Assembly: GCA_963817875.1 (NCBI GenBank) | Contig: CAWFPQ010000009.1 | Coordinates: forward strand, 55,442 to 119,441 | Reading direction: 5' to 3' | From: an uncultured Acidimicrobiaceae bacterium | GTDB taxonomy: Bacteria > Actinomycetota > Acidimicrobiia > Acidimicrobiales > RAAP-2 | DNA: 64,000 nt | Part shown: piece after piece, positions 36,555 to 45,270 of the stretch | Layout of the letters: every line of letters begins with the position of its first letter | How positions within the stretch are numbered: position 1 is the first letter of the stretch | The notes under the pieces: generated by a model | The model's input: the letters and a program-made list of their open reading frames with translations, nothing else | What the model was told of the DNA's origin: nothing | Database searches by the model: none | Position numbers and translations under genes: made by a program

Positions 36555-37413
36555 CGCGGCCAGCTCCCTTCGCGAACCGGGCGGCGCCCGCCAGGGTCTC
36601 GCCGCTCGAGATCACGTCCCGGCCCCGGCGAGCCTCGTTGACCGCCGCGTCATCCTCGGTGAGCCCCCATTGCTCCAGGGCACTCATGCGGTCGGAGCGC
36701 AGGCAGAACTGAGGGAGTGCGGCCAACTCCAGCGCGAGGTCCACGGCCGCCCGGCGCGCCTGGCCGCGGGGGACGAGCCGGTTGACCAATCCCATGGCCA
36801 GCGCCTCGGGTCCGTCGACGGCGCGGCCGGTCAGGATCAGGTCCATGGCCCGCCCGTGGCCGATGATCCGGGGAAGCCGGACCGTTCCGAGGTCGCACAG
36901 GGGGACCCCGAAGCGACGGCAGAACACGCCGAAGACCGCGTCCTCGGCGGCGACCCGAAGGTCGCACCAGAGCGCGAGCTCCAGACCGCCGGCGACCGCG
37001 AATCCCTCGACGGCCGCCACCACCGGTTTTGACAGCGTCAGGCGGGTGGGACCCATGGGACCGGGTCCCTGGTCGGGGATGGGCCGCCGGTCACCGTCCG
37101 CGACGGCCTTGAGATCGGCGCCGGCGCAGAACGTCCCTCCGGTACCGGTGAACACCGCCACCGAGGAGCCCTCATCGGCTTCGAACGCCTCGAAGACCTG
37201 CAGGAGCCGGGCGGCGCACCCGCTGTCCACGGCGTTCCTCCGGCCGGGCCGGTCGATCGAGACCACGGTGACCGGGCCCTCGTGCTCCACGAGCACGCCC
37301 GAGGTCGCACCCGGCGATCCTCCCGACGTCCCGCGGGACACGTCGCGGGCCGGTGCGCCGGGGCGCGAACCAGGGCTCGACTGGGGGCTCACGGGTGCAT
37401 TCTCGCACGGCAC
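36535..37413 (-). CDS. Enoyl-CoA hydratase/isomerase (crotonase) family protein
   Basis: VVSIDRPGRRNA, FCAGADLK, PVVAAVEGFAVAGGLELALWCDLRVA. The first ~35 residues are low-complexity, so the true start may lie further downstream. Confidence 0.85.
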   Translation of the reverse strand: MPCENAPVSPQSSPGSRPGAPARDVSRGTSGGSPGATSGVLVEHEGPVTVVSIDRPGRRNAVDSGCAARLLQVFEAFEADEGSSVAVFTGTGGTFCAGADLKAVADGDRRPIPDQGPGPMGPTRLTLSKPVVAAVEGFAVAGGLELALWCDLRVAAEDAVFGVFCRRFGVPLCDLGTVRLPRIIGHGRAMDLILTGRAVDGPEALAMGLVNRLVPRGQARRAAVDLALELAALPQFCLRSDRMSALEQWGLTEDDAAVNEARRGRDVISSGETLAGAARFAKGAGRGGTPVG

Positions 37414-37509
37414 GAGGAAGCCCTCCTACCATGCCCGGTGGGCTCGATCCCAGGTGGAGGCGCACTTTCTGCGTCGGCGGGGCGAGTGGCAGAAATATGA
37501 CCAATCGTG

Positions 37510-37538
37510 TCGACAATTGCCCGAGCAGCCGGTAAAGT
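37510..37538 (+). promoter_or_regulatory. Candidate promoter of the peroxiredoxin gene (TCGACA-17 nt-TAAAGT)
   Basis: Hexamers with 17-nt spacing lie in the divergent intergenic region, about 45 nt upstream of the ATG at 37583. Confidence 0.25.
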
Positions 37539-37582
37539 CTCATCCCGCTCACAAAGACGCAACGCGAACTATGGAGGACCCA

Positions 37583-38218
37583 ATGGCAGTACGACTCGGC
37601 GACACCGCACCCGACTTCACCGCGGATACGACCGACGGAACGATCAACTTCCACGAGTGGTTGGGTGACAGCTGGGGGGTCTTGTTCTCCCACCCCAAGG
37701 ACTTCACACCGGTGTGCACGACTGAGCTGGGCGCGTTCTCCAAGGCCAAGCCCGAATTCGACAAGCGCAACGCCAAGCTCATCGGCCTCTCCGTCGACTC
37801 GGTGGAGTCCCATAAGGGGTGGGCCGGTGACATCGAGGAGACCCAGGGCGCAGCCCTGGCCTTCCCGCTGATCGGTGACGAGGACCGAAAGGTGGCGGAC
37901 CTCTACGACATGATCCACCCGAACGCCAACGACACCCTCACGGTGCGGTCGGTGTTCATCATCGGCCCGGACAAGAAGGTCAAGCTGACGTTGACCTATC
38001 CGGCCTCGACCGGGCGCAACGTCGACGAGATCCTCCGCGTTCTCGACTCACTGCAGCTGACAGCCGACTACAAGGTGGCCACTCCCGTGAACTGGAACGA
38101 GGGTGAGGACGTGATCATCGTCCCCGCCGTCAGCGACGAGGACGCCAAGGCCCGCTTCCCCAAGGGCTGGAAGGCCCTCAAGCCCTACCTGAGGGTGACC
38201 CCCCAGCCCAACCGCTGA
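37583..38218 (+). CDS. 1-Cys peroxiredoxin (Prx6 type)
   Basis: ATG preceded by GGAGGA. The sequence has LGDTAPDFTADTT.G.I.FHEWLGDSWGVLFSHPKDFTPVCTTEL, with the peroxidatic Cys in PVCTTE. Confidence 0.9.
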   Translation: MAVRLGDTAPDFTADTTDGTINFHEWLGDSWGVLFSHPKDFTPVCTTELGAFSKAKPEFDKRNAKLIGLSVDSVESHKGWAGDIEETQGAALAFPLIGDEDRKVADLYDMIHPNANDTLTVRSVFIIGPDKKVKLTLTYPASTGRNVDEILRVLDSLQLTADYKVATPVNWNEGEDVIIVPAVSDEDAKARFPKGWKALKPYLRVTPQPNR

Positions 38219-38233
38219 GGCTCTACGGGGCTG

Positions 38234-38269
38234 ACTCCACGTCTGGACCGCGTGGTGCGGACGTGGAGT
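38234..38269. terminator. Hairpin between convergent genes (ACTCCACGTC...GACGTGGAGT)
   Basis: 10-bp perfect stem with a 16-nt loop. It lies exactly between the peroxiredoxin stop (38218) and the acyl-CoA synthetase stop (38270). Confidence 0.4.
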
Positions 38270-40042
38270 TCAGCCCTGCTCGGGGGTACCGACGAGTTCG
38301 TCGCGCAATTCGCGCTTGAGGACCTTGCCCTGCGGGTTGCGGGGCAGCGGCTCGGAGCGGAACCACACGTGCGTGGGCACCATGAAGGCCGCCAGGCGGC
38401 TCTTGACGTGGAGCGCCAGCTCGTCGGCGGTGATCTTGGCGCCGGGACGTAGGACGACCACGGCGCCGACCTCCTCGCCCAGCGTGGGTTCGGGCACACC
38501 GATCACGGCGCAGTCGGCCACAGCCGGGTGCTCGAAGAGGGCGGCCTCCACCTGGACGGAGTACACGTTCTCGCCGCCACGGATGATGATGTCCTTGGCC
38601 CGGTCCACGATGTAGATGAAGCCGTCCTCGTCCAGCCGCGCCACGTCGCCGGTGTGGAGCCAGCCGCGGGTGAAGGTCGCCGCCGTCTCCTCGGGACGCT
38701 GCCAGTAGCCGCGGACGACGTTGGGCCCTTTGACCCAGAGCTCGCCCCGGACGTCGGAGCCCTGCGGAACGCTGCCGTCGGGTTCTTCGCCGGTGAAGTC
38801 CTCCGGCACGATCGCCACGTCGCAGACCGGCACCGCCGGACCCACGCTCTCGGGCTTGGCGATGTAGTCGGCACCCGTGTTCATGGAGGTGACCGACGAG
38901 GTCTCCGTGAGCCCGTATCCGTTGGAAGGCTGGCCGACGGGCCACGCCTCGCGGATGCGCCGGACCAGGTCGGGCGGCGCGGGAGCGCCGCCGTAGGAGA
39001 CACCCCGGATGGACGACGTGTCGTACTTGGAGAAGTTGGGGGAGTCGAGGACCTGCATCACCATGGACGGGACGCCGCCGAAGGTGGCGATCTTCTCCCG
39101 CTGAATCAGCTCCAGGGCACGCTCGGCGTCGAAGTGGTGCATCATGACGATCTTCCCGCCCGCGGCCAGGTTCGTGACCATGACCGAGTGGCACCCGGTC
39201 GCGTGGAACAGGGGTACCGAGAGCAGGAAGGCCGGCTGGGTCCTCGTCCCCGTCTCCTCGAGCGCGGCGGTGCCGAAGCGCGTGGAGCCGCGGGTGTTGA
39301 GGAAGAACAGGCTCATCAGGTTCGTGCACATGTTGCGATGGGTACCCACGGCACCCTTGGGCCGGCCGGTGGTGCCGGACGTGTAGAAGATGGTGGCGTC
39401 GTCCTCGGGATCGATGGTGAGGTCGGGCGGTGAAGCGGCTTCGTCCACCGGTCCCAGCGCGAGCGAGAACGGCCATTCGGCGATGGGTGCGGTGCCGTCG
39501 GGAGGCTCGGCCACGGCGAGCGGGGCCTTCGATGCGGTGCGGTGCTCGTCGGCCACGACCACCGCGCCCAGATCGGCCAGCCCCCCGAGGAAGGGCCGGA
39601 TCCTGGTCACCCGCTCCGTGTCCACGAACGCGACCTTGGACCCGGAGTCCTCGAGTCCGTAGCGGAGCTCCTCCCCGCTCCACCACGCGTTGAGCGGCAC
39701 CACGACCGCGCCGGCCAACGTGGCACCCCAGAAGGCCATCACCCATTCGGGGAGGTTGCGCATGATGATGGCGACGCGGTCGCCCTGCGTCACGCCGAAG
39801 TCAGCGCGCAGACGGTGGGCCAGCGTGCAGGCGATCCGGTAGTGCTCCGAGAAAGTGGTCTGCTCGTCCTCGTACACGAGGAAGGGTGCGTCCCCGTGAG
39901 CCAGGGACATGTCGATGACGGTTCGCAGCGAGGCGGGCGCGTGCTGCCACGTCCGGGTGGGGACGCCGCGGATGTCCACCACCTGCATCTCGAACATCTG
40001 ACCCGGCGCGGTCAGGGCTTCGTTCGCCTCGGCGATCGACAT
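38270..40042 (-). CDS. AMP-dependent acyl-CoA synthetase/ligase
   Basis: AMP-binding motif IFYTSGTTGRPKGAV, with GYGLTETS, the GWLHTGD...DGF.YIVDR.KD hinge, and a C-terminal PRNPQGKVLKRELR. The start is set at MSIAEANE (40042); the upstream track extension is Arg-rich. Confidence 0.9.
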   Translation of the reverse strand: MSIAEANEALTAPGQMFEMQVVDIRGVPTRTWQHAPASLRTVIDMSLAHGDAPFLVYEDEQTTFSEHYRIACTLAHRLRADFGVTQGDRVAIIMRNLPEWVMAFWGATLAGAVVVPLNAWWSGEELRYGLEDSGSKVAFVDTERVTRIRPFLGGLADLGAVVVADEHRTASKAPLAVAEPPDGTAPIAEWPFSLALGPVDEAASPPDLTIDPEDDATIFYTSGTTGRPKGAVGTHRNMCTNLMSLFFLNTRGSTRFGTAALEETGTRTQPAFLLSVPLFHATGCHSVMVTNLAAGGKIVMMHHFDAERALELIQREKIATFGGVPSMVMQVLDSPNFSKYDTSSIRGVSYGGAPAPPDLVRRIREAWPVGQPSNGYGLTETSSVTSMNTGADYIAKPESVGPAVPVCDVAIVPEDFTGEEPDGSVPQGSDVRGELWVKGPNVVRGYWQRPEETAATFTRGWLHTGDVARLDEDGFIYIVDRAKDIIIRGGENVYSVQVEAALFEHPAVADCAVIGVPEPTLGEEVGAVVVLRPGAKITADELALHVKSRLAAFMVPTHVWFRSEPLPRNPQGKVLKRELRDELVGTPEQG

Positions 40043-40062
40043 GGCCGGCGCATCCTTCGGGG

Positions 40063-40689
40063 TCACGGTGCCTCCTGTCCCTCGGCGCTCGTGCCGCCCT
40101 CCTCGGCCTCGCTGCCGGAACGGTCGGGCCCGGCGCCCCCCGACACCTCCCGGCCGAAGAGAGCGCCGCGGTAGTAGGCCAGCTCGCGCACGCTCTCGCG
40201 GATGTCCTGCAGGGCGCGATGGCCGCCCTTCTTGACGGGAGCCGCCTTGTAGACCTGGGGGCGCCAACGGCGGCAGAGCTCCTTGACGGTCGACACGTCG
40301 ACCGATCGGTAGTGGAGGAAGTCCTCGACCTCGGGCATCTGGCGGGCCAGGAAACGGCGGTCGGTTCCGATGGAGTTGCCGGCCAGCGGGACGGTGCCGG
40401 GTGCGCTGATGTGCTTCTTCAGGAACTCCAGCGTCTGCGCCGCGGCATCCGCGATCGTCGTCGTCGAAGCCGCAATGGCGTCGAGGAGAGCCGATCGGGT
40501 GTGCATGGCGCGCACGAAGTCGTCCATTTCGGCGAGCTGCTCGGGCGTGGCATGGACGACGAGATCGGGCCCCTCCTCGATGAGAGCGAGCTCGTCGTCG
40601 GTGACGAGGCTCGCGATCTCGACGATGGTGTGGCGATCGGGGTCGAGCCCGGTCATCTCGAGATCGATCCAGGCCAGCACCGCCGGCAT
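40063..40689 (-). CDS. orn: Oligoribonuclease
   Basis: WIDLEMTGLDPD...IVEIA (DEDDh exo I), GNSIGTDRRFL (exo II), and HRALQDIRESV (exo III with His). Confidence 0.9.
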   Translation of the reverse strand: MPAVLAWIDLEMTGLDPDRHTIVEIASLVTDDELALIEEGPDLVVHATPEQLAEMDDFVRAMHTRSALLDAIAASTTTIADAAAQTLEFLKKHISAPGTVPLAGNSIGTDRRFLARQMPEVEDFLHYRSVDVSTVKELCRRWRPQVYKAAPVKKGGHRALQDIRESVRELAYYRGALFGREVSGGAGPDRSGSEAEEGGTSAEGQEAP

Positions 40690-40718
40690 GCTACCGGCCT
40701 GCGGGTAGCGTCTCGCGG

Positions 40719-41159
40719 GTGCGTGTCCCGCTCCACCGCGTCGACGGCGACACGGTGGTCCCCTCGTACGCCCGGCCCGGCGACGCCGGCGCAGACCTGG
40801 TGGCCCTCACCGCGGTCGCTCTGCGCCGCGGCGGTGGACGTGCCCTCGTCCCCACGGGGGTGGCGGTGGCCATCCCACCGGGCTACGCCGGCCTGGTGCT
40901 TCCCCGGAGTGGCCTCGCACTGCGGCACGGCGTCACCTGCCTCAACGCGCCAGGGCTCATCGACTCGGGTTACCGCGGTGAGCTTCAGGTCCTCCTGGTC
41001 AACCACGACCCGGACGACGATTACACGGTCGAGCGTGGCGACCGCATCGCCCAGCTCGTCATCGTGGGGGTGGAGGAGGCGAAGTTCGTGACCGTGGCCC
41101 GGGACGGGCTGGGGGAGGCGGAGCGGGGCAGCGGCGGCTTCGGGCATACGGGCACGTGA
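40719..41159 (+). CDS. dut: dUTP diphosphatase
   Basis: GDAGADL, PRSGLA, GLIDSGYRGE and GFGHTG motifs in the canonical order. Confidence 0.9.
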   Translation: MRVPLHRVDGDTVVPSYARPGDAGADLVALTAVALRRGGGRALVPTGVAVAIPPGYAGLVLPRSGLALRHGVTCLNAPGLIDSGYRGELQVLLVNHDPDDDYTVERGDRIAQLVIVGVEEAKFVTVARDGLGEAERGSGGFGHTGT

Positions 41160-41190
41160 CCCGAGGGTGGGCAGGGGGTAAGAAAGGACA

Positions 41191-42633
41191 GTGATGCAGG
41201 CGCTCGAGGGGATGGACGCGGCATTCCTGTCGCTCGAGACCCCCACCACACCGATGCACGTCGGTGTGGTACTCGTGCTGGACCCGCCGGAGGGAACCCG
41301 GTCGCTCTTCTCCCCGTCGACCCGGTACGCGCAGATCCGCCGGGTCATCGAGCAGCGCCTACACCTGGTGCCCCCGTTGCGCCAACGGGCCGTGCGGGTG
41401 CCTCTGGGATTGCATCACGCCGTGTGGGCGGACGATCCCGACTTCGCCGTCGACGACCACCTGACCCGGGCCAGCCTCCCGGCGCCCGGCGGCCCGGAGG
41501 AGCTCGACGCCTACGTCGCAACGGTGATGGGCCGCCAGCTCGACCCCGATCGACCGCTGTGGGAGATGCACGTCGTCGAGGGGCTCGAGGGCGAGAGGAC
41601 GGCGCTGGTGGTCAAGGTGCACCACTCGATCCTCGACGGGGTCAGCGGCGTCTTCGTCCTCGCCGCCTTCCTCGATCTCTCGCCCCGCTCGCACGTCGTC
41701 GCGCTGCCGACGGAGTGGCGGCCCGATCCGCTGCCGTCGACCGCTCAGGTGCTCCGCCACGCCGCCGGTTCGCTGGCGCGCCAGCCCGGCGAGACCGTGG
41801 GCACGATGAGGGCGGGAGTCGAGACGATGGCCGAGCTGGGGCGGCACAAGCAGGAGCTCGCCGGCCGCGGCGAGCGGCCGCCGCCGGGATTCTTCGCCGG
41901 GCCCCGGACGTCGTTCAACGGCGCAGTGTCGAACCGCAAGCGCTTCGCTTCCCTCTCGGTTCCCCTCGACGACGTCAAGCTGGTCGGCCACGTCTTCGAG
42001 GCAACGGTGACCGACGTCGTGATGGCGACGGTCTCGGGCGGCCTGCGGCGCCTGCTCGAGGCGCGCGGCGAACCTCTGAGTCCTTCGCTTGTCGCCGTGG
42101 TCCCGGTCTCGACCCGGGCGGACGAGGCGACCGGCGAGCTGGGGAACCAGATCTCGGGGATGCTCGTGTCGTTGGCGTCCGACGTCGACGACCCGGTGGC
42201 GCGCCTCGACGCGGTGGTGGAGTCCTCGAGGGTGGCCAAGGACCACGAACGACTGCATCGAGCGCGCTTCCTCGGTGACCTGGCGCAGCTCGCCGTTCCG
42301 GCGCTGACGACGCGGCTCGCCCGCGCCCTGGCCGCGACGCGTGTCTTCGACCGGGTCCGGCCGCCGGCCAACGTCACGGTGTCGAGCATCCGGGGACCCG
42401 GAGTCCCGCTCTTCCTGGCCGGGAGCCGGGTGAGGGCCGTCTATCCGATCGGGCCGATCGCCGAGGGTATCGGCGTCAACGTGACGGTGATGTCGTACGC
42501 CGAGCGCGTCCACTTCGGCCTCTTCGCCTGCCGCAAGCTCGTGCCCGAGCTGTCGGACGTCGCGGTGCACATGGACGACGCGCTGGCGGAGCTCACCGTG
42601 TGCGCACTGAGCGCGCAGGGGGCGACCGCCTGA
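41191..42633 (+). CDS. Wax ester synthase/diacylglycerol acyltransferase (WS/DGAT) family
   Basis: N-terminal LSLETPTTPMHVG, the catalytic HHSILDGVSG motif, and a length of about 480 aa. Confidence 0.9.
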   Translation: MMQALEGMDAAFLSLETPTTPMHVGVVLVLDPPEGTRSLFSPSTRYAQIRRVIEQRLHLVPPLRQRAVRVPLGLHHAVWADDPDFAVDDHLTRASLPAPGGPEELDAYVATVMGRQLDPDRPLWEMHVVEGLEGERTALVVKVHHSILDGVSGVFVLAAFLDLSPRSHVVALPTEWRPDPLPSTAQVLRHAAGSLARQPGETVGTMRAGVETMAELGRHKQELAGRGERPPPGFFAGPRTSFNGAVSNRKRFASLSVPLDDVKLVGHVFEATVTDVVMATVSGGLRRLLEARGEPLSPSLVAVVPVSTRADEATGELGNQISGMLVSLASDVDDPVARLDAVVESSRVAKDHERLHRARFLGDLAQLAVPALTTRLARALAATRVFDRVRPPANVTVSSIRGPGVPLFLAGSRVRAVYPIGPIAEGIGVNVTVMSYAERVHFGLFACRKLVPELSDVAVHMDDALAELTVCALSAQGATA

Positions 42634-42657
42634 TCGGTTGAGATCCGAGAGGCGAGC

Positions 42658-42691
42658 GGCGTGAGCCGGGGGAGTCGAACCGGCCCACGCC
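42658..42691. terminator. Compound hairpin between convergent genes
   Basis: GGCGTG-a-GCCGG-gggagtcgaa-CCGGC-c-CACGCC, 25 nt after the WS/DGAT stop. No T-tract follows. Confidence 0.3.
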
Positions 42692-42723
42692 GCCCTGCCT
42701 CCGTCTGGCGGGTGCCGTATGGG

Positions 42724-43101
42724 TTACGACCCCGTCGACGTGCTGGAGCTCGCACCCGGTGGGGCGGCCTGCGAACCGCTCGGAGGCGTCCCGTGGCCGG
42801 GCCCGGCGCGGGAGCCCGATCCCGAGCCCATGTCGGGGCAGTTCTTCGTGGTGCTCGAACCGGAACCCGAGCTGGAGCTCGAGCCCGAGCCCGATGTGCC
42901 GGACGAGCTGGAGCCGGTGGATCCCGAGGTCCCGGAGCTGCCCGACGACGATGTGCCGCTCGAGCTCGTCCCGCTGTTTCCGGTTCCCGAACCCGACGTG
43001 GTCGGGTTGGAGGTGGCCGCGTTGGCGACCAGCGCCCCGCCTCCGACGAGCCCGGCGGTCAGGGCGCCGGTGGCGAGTGCGTTGCGCAGTCGAATCTTCA
43101 T
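42724..43101 (-). CDS. Small secreted Ser/Gly-rich low-complexity protein
   Basis: From MKIRLRNALATGALTAGLVGGGALVANA (a clear signal peptide). About 90 residues of S/G/T repeats follow, with one Cys. The antisense frame (EPEPELELEPEP...) is the mirror artefact. Confidence 0.45.
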   Translation of the reverse strand: MKIRLRNALATGALTAGLVGGGALVANAATSNPTTSGSGTGNSGTSSSGTSSSGSSGTSGSTGSSSSGTSGSGSSSSSGSGSSTTKNCPDMGSGSGSRAGPGHGTPPSGSQAAPPGASSSTSTGS

Positions 43102-43330
43102 GAGTGTGGTGTGCCCTTCCTCTCGTGTCACTCCCACCCCCTTGGGCGGGCATGGCACAGCGTGCGCCCCGGACCTGTGTGCAGTCGTACGACCCGCTCA
43201 GTCTCTTGGTGGAGTTGGCTTGCGATCGGATGACGATTCTCAGGAACCCGCTGAAGTGGATTCGAGAGATCGGAAGCGCCGGCGCGAGATGAGGCGTGAC
43301 GCCCCGGTCCAGCGCGGTATGCGGCCGTGA

Positions 43331-43357
43331 ACGTCGTCGGGGAGGTTCCGACGACGT
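43331..43357 (-). terminator. Perfect 10-bp hairpin (ACGTCGTCGG-ggaggtt-CCGACGACGT) just downstream of the methyltransferase gene
   Basis: It lies 17 nt beyond the stop of the minus-strand gene 43374..44177. Confidence 0.4.
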
Positions 43358-43373
43358 CGTCGCTGCTCGGCGC

Positions 43374-44177
43374 TCAGCGGCGGCGCGCCCTCCAGCAGTA
43401 GGAACGCATCGGCACTTGGACGACGTCCAGGCCGGCCAGGTCCGGAAGGCTGTCGAGATAGCGCGCCATGGCGTCGAGATGGGATTGGCGTGTTGCGTCT
43501 TCCATGGTGATGACCGCGCTGTACGTAGTGGCGAGGGCCACCACGTCCGCCTTGCTCATCGGCCGCTCCCAGCGGAACAGCGCGGCCTCGTGGGGAAAGA
43601 ACGGGCTGCCGGAGCTCCCGTCCACGTTCACCGCATGGCGACCCTTCCGACTCTGATCGGCTGCAGCCGCCTCCTCGGTCGTGAGATCGACCCCGCCCGC
43701 CCAGAGGTTCCGCATCCAGTCGACGGAGCGATCGGGACCGCTCCAGACCAGCGAAAGCCGCCCACCTGGCCGCAGGACCCGCGCCACCTCGGGCACCGCC
43801 CGCGACTCGTCGACCCAGTGCCAGGCCGAGGCGGCGATGACCAGATCGACCGTAGCGTCGGGGCACGGCAGTGCTTCGGCGCGGCCGGCCACGACCTCGA
43901 CCCTCGTCCCCGACATCCGACCGGTCAATACCGCGCGCATGCGATCGTCGGGCTCCACCGCCGTGACCTGTTCGAGGCGCTCGGCCAGGAGGCGAGTGAG
44001 TATCCCGGTGCCGGCGCCGATTTCGAGGGCGTCCCGCGCACCCTCCGGCACGAGCCAATTCAGCGCCTCGGGCGACGGTCCGGGGCGGAGCCGGTCGTAG
44101 TCGCCGGCGACGGCCCCGAAGGCCTTGCTGAGGACGGCGGTGGTCTCGTTCTGGCGCACGAGGTCGAATCTACCCAC
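43374..44177 (-). CDS. Class I SAM-dependent methyltransferase
   Basis: DALEIGAGTGILTRLL (motif I), VDLVIAASAWHW, and VLRPGGRLSLVW. Confidence 0.85.
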   Translation of the reverse strand: MGRFDLVRQNETTAVLSKAFGAVAGDYDRLRPGPSPEALNWLVPEGARDALEIGAGTGILTRLLAERLEQVTAVEPDDRMRAVLTGRMSGTRVEVVAGRAEALPCPDATVDLVIAASAWHWVDESRAVPEVARVLRPGGRLSLVWSGPDRSVDWMRNLWAGGVDLTTEEAAAADQSRKGRHAVNVDGSSGSPFFPHEAALFRWERPMSKADVVALATTYSAVITMEDATRQSHLDAMARYLDSLPDLAGLDVVQVPMRSYCWRARRR

Positions 44178-44243
44178 GGGCAGCGTCGGAGTGGCCCGCC
44201 CACCCGCCGTAGGGGCCGGGTGCGGTAGAGTTCACACACCAAC

Positions 44244-44318
44244 GCGGAAGTGGCGCAGCGGTAGCGCATCACCTTGCCAAGGTGAGGGTCGCGGGTTCGA
44301 ATCCCGTCTTCCGCTCCA
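44244..44318 (+). tRNA. tRNA-Gly (anticodon GCC), CCA encoded
   Basis: Hand-folded as follows.
- Acceptor stem GCGGAAG/CTTCCGC
- D arm GCGC-AGCGGTA-GCGC
- Anticodon arm TCACC-TTGCCAA-GGTGA
- T arm GCGGG-TTCGAAT-CCCGT
- 3' end TCCA. Confidence 0.95.
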
Positions 44319-44445
44319 AACTGGGCAGGTCAGAGGTGGTTTCTATTTTCTCACGTCGCACGTAGCGAATGTCTTCGAAGCGAGAAATTCAGGGCCTCTG
44401 TGTCTTCCGCTCTCGAAGCGGTTGAGCCTGGACGGGGGCGTGTGA

Positions 44446-44817
44446 TCACCCCAGGCCGACATCCAAGAGTGCCGCACGGAGAAGGCCGTTTTCGTTTCCC
44501 CTCGCCATGATCACCTGCGCTCGAAGGACGGTGGCTGCCGCAAGAGCCTCGCGAGAGAGCAGGTTCAATCCGCGTCCGGCTCCATTGAGTTGGCTCGCCA
44601 TTGTCGGCGCTACCTCTCGCCAGTTCAACAATTCGATCCGTTCTGGTAATTGGAGCACGGCACGTAGAACGGACTCCCGGCGAATCGGAGGAAGTGACAT
44701 CAACGGTCTCGACAGTGCCCCGCCCGCTCCGCGGATGGCTGCTTGACACAAGCGCAAATACCAGCAGCCGGTGGTGACGATGCGGTCGTCAGGCCATGCC
44801 GTCTCTCCGCGCAACAA
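44446..44817 (-). CDS. PIN-domain (VapC-like) toxin candidate, start codon problematic
   Basis: It follows an AbrB-type antitoxin gene. The conserved N-terminal strand with Asp (VLIDDQ) lies upstream of the first canonical start (TTG at 44817), between that start and the vapB TAG stop. Confidence 0.5.
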   Translation of the reverse strand: MLRGETAWPDDRIVTTGCWYLRLCQAAIRGAGGALSRPLMSLPPIRRESVLRAVLQLPERIELLNWREVAPTMASQLNGAGRGLNLLSREALAAATVLRAQVIMARGNENGLLRAALLDVGLG

Positions 44818-44868
44818 GTCGGAGAGGGTCTGGTCGTCAATCAGGACAGTCAGAGTGTCGACCTGGCG

Positions 44869-45102
44869 CTACTGGTTGGCGAGCTCGGGATCTCCAAACC
44901 CAGAGCTCGCCGCTTCCCAGTCGGCGTTGCCCAGGACTGCATCGCGCACTTTGCTGAGCCCGCCGGGAACGAGCACGACTGAATCGCCAAGGTCGATCCA
45001 CCCAACGACTCCGCCTTCATCGAGGCCCCACCGGTGCCGCGTCTGGGCGGGCAATGCCATTTGGCCCCGTTCGCTCACCTTGACTTCACCTGTTTGGGTC
45101 AT
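44869..45102 (-). CDS. AbrB/SpoVT-type antitoxin (VapB-like)
   Basis: MTQTGEVKVSERGQMALPAQTRHRWGL is a SpoVT-AbrB looped-hinge-helix signature. It lies immediately upstream of the PIN gene. Confidence 0.7.
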   Translation of the reverse strand: MTQTGEVKVSERGQMALPAQTRHRWGLDEGGVVGWIDLGDSVVLVPGGLSKVRDAVLGNADWEAASSGFGDPELANQ

Positions 45103-45223
45103 GGAAACCTCACAATGCAATTTGGCTAAGTGCATTGTAGCAGGCGGCTGCAGGTTCGGAGTCGAGACGCATGCCCCATTTGAACGGGTCGAAGCCTCCC
45201 AAAAGGCTCGAAGACTCGAAGTC

Positions 45224-45270
45224 TTGACGTAGGTAGTTATGTACCATATAACTGTTACTGTGACAGTAAC
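45224..45270 (+). promoter_or_regulatory. Promoter (TTGACG-17 nt-TATAAC) and 8-bp inverted repeat GTTACTGT-g-ACAGTAAC overlapping the start of the SDR-MarR operon
   Basis: The hexamers are at 45224-45229 and 45247-45252. The predicted transcription start near 45259 coincides with the in-frame GTG at 45260, implying a leaderless mRNA. The palindrome spans 45254-45270. A second palindrome, AAGACT-cga-AGTCTT (45211-45225), overlaps the -35. Confidence 0.45.

Noticed and set aside
42658-42691. tRNA-like T-loop look-alike (minus strand GGTTCGACTCCCCCGG) after the WS/DGAT gene
   Set aside because: The flanks of TTCGACT do not form a 5-bp T stem. There is no anticodon arm or acceptor stem. It folds better as a simple compound hairpin between convergent genes.
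42719-43330. Plus-strand ORF with a Glu/Pro repeat (EPEPELELEPEPDVPDELEP...)
   Set aside because: It is the mirror image of the Ser/Gly-rich minus-strand ORF, which has a proper signal peptide. The plus ORF has neither a signal nor a plausible start context. I keep only moderate confidence in the minus-strand call.
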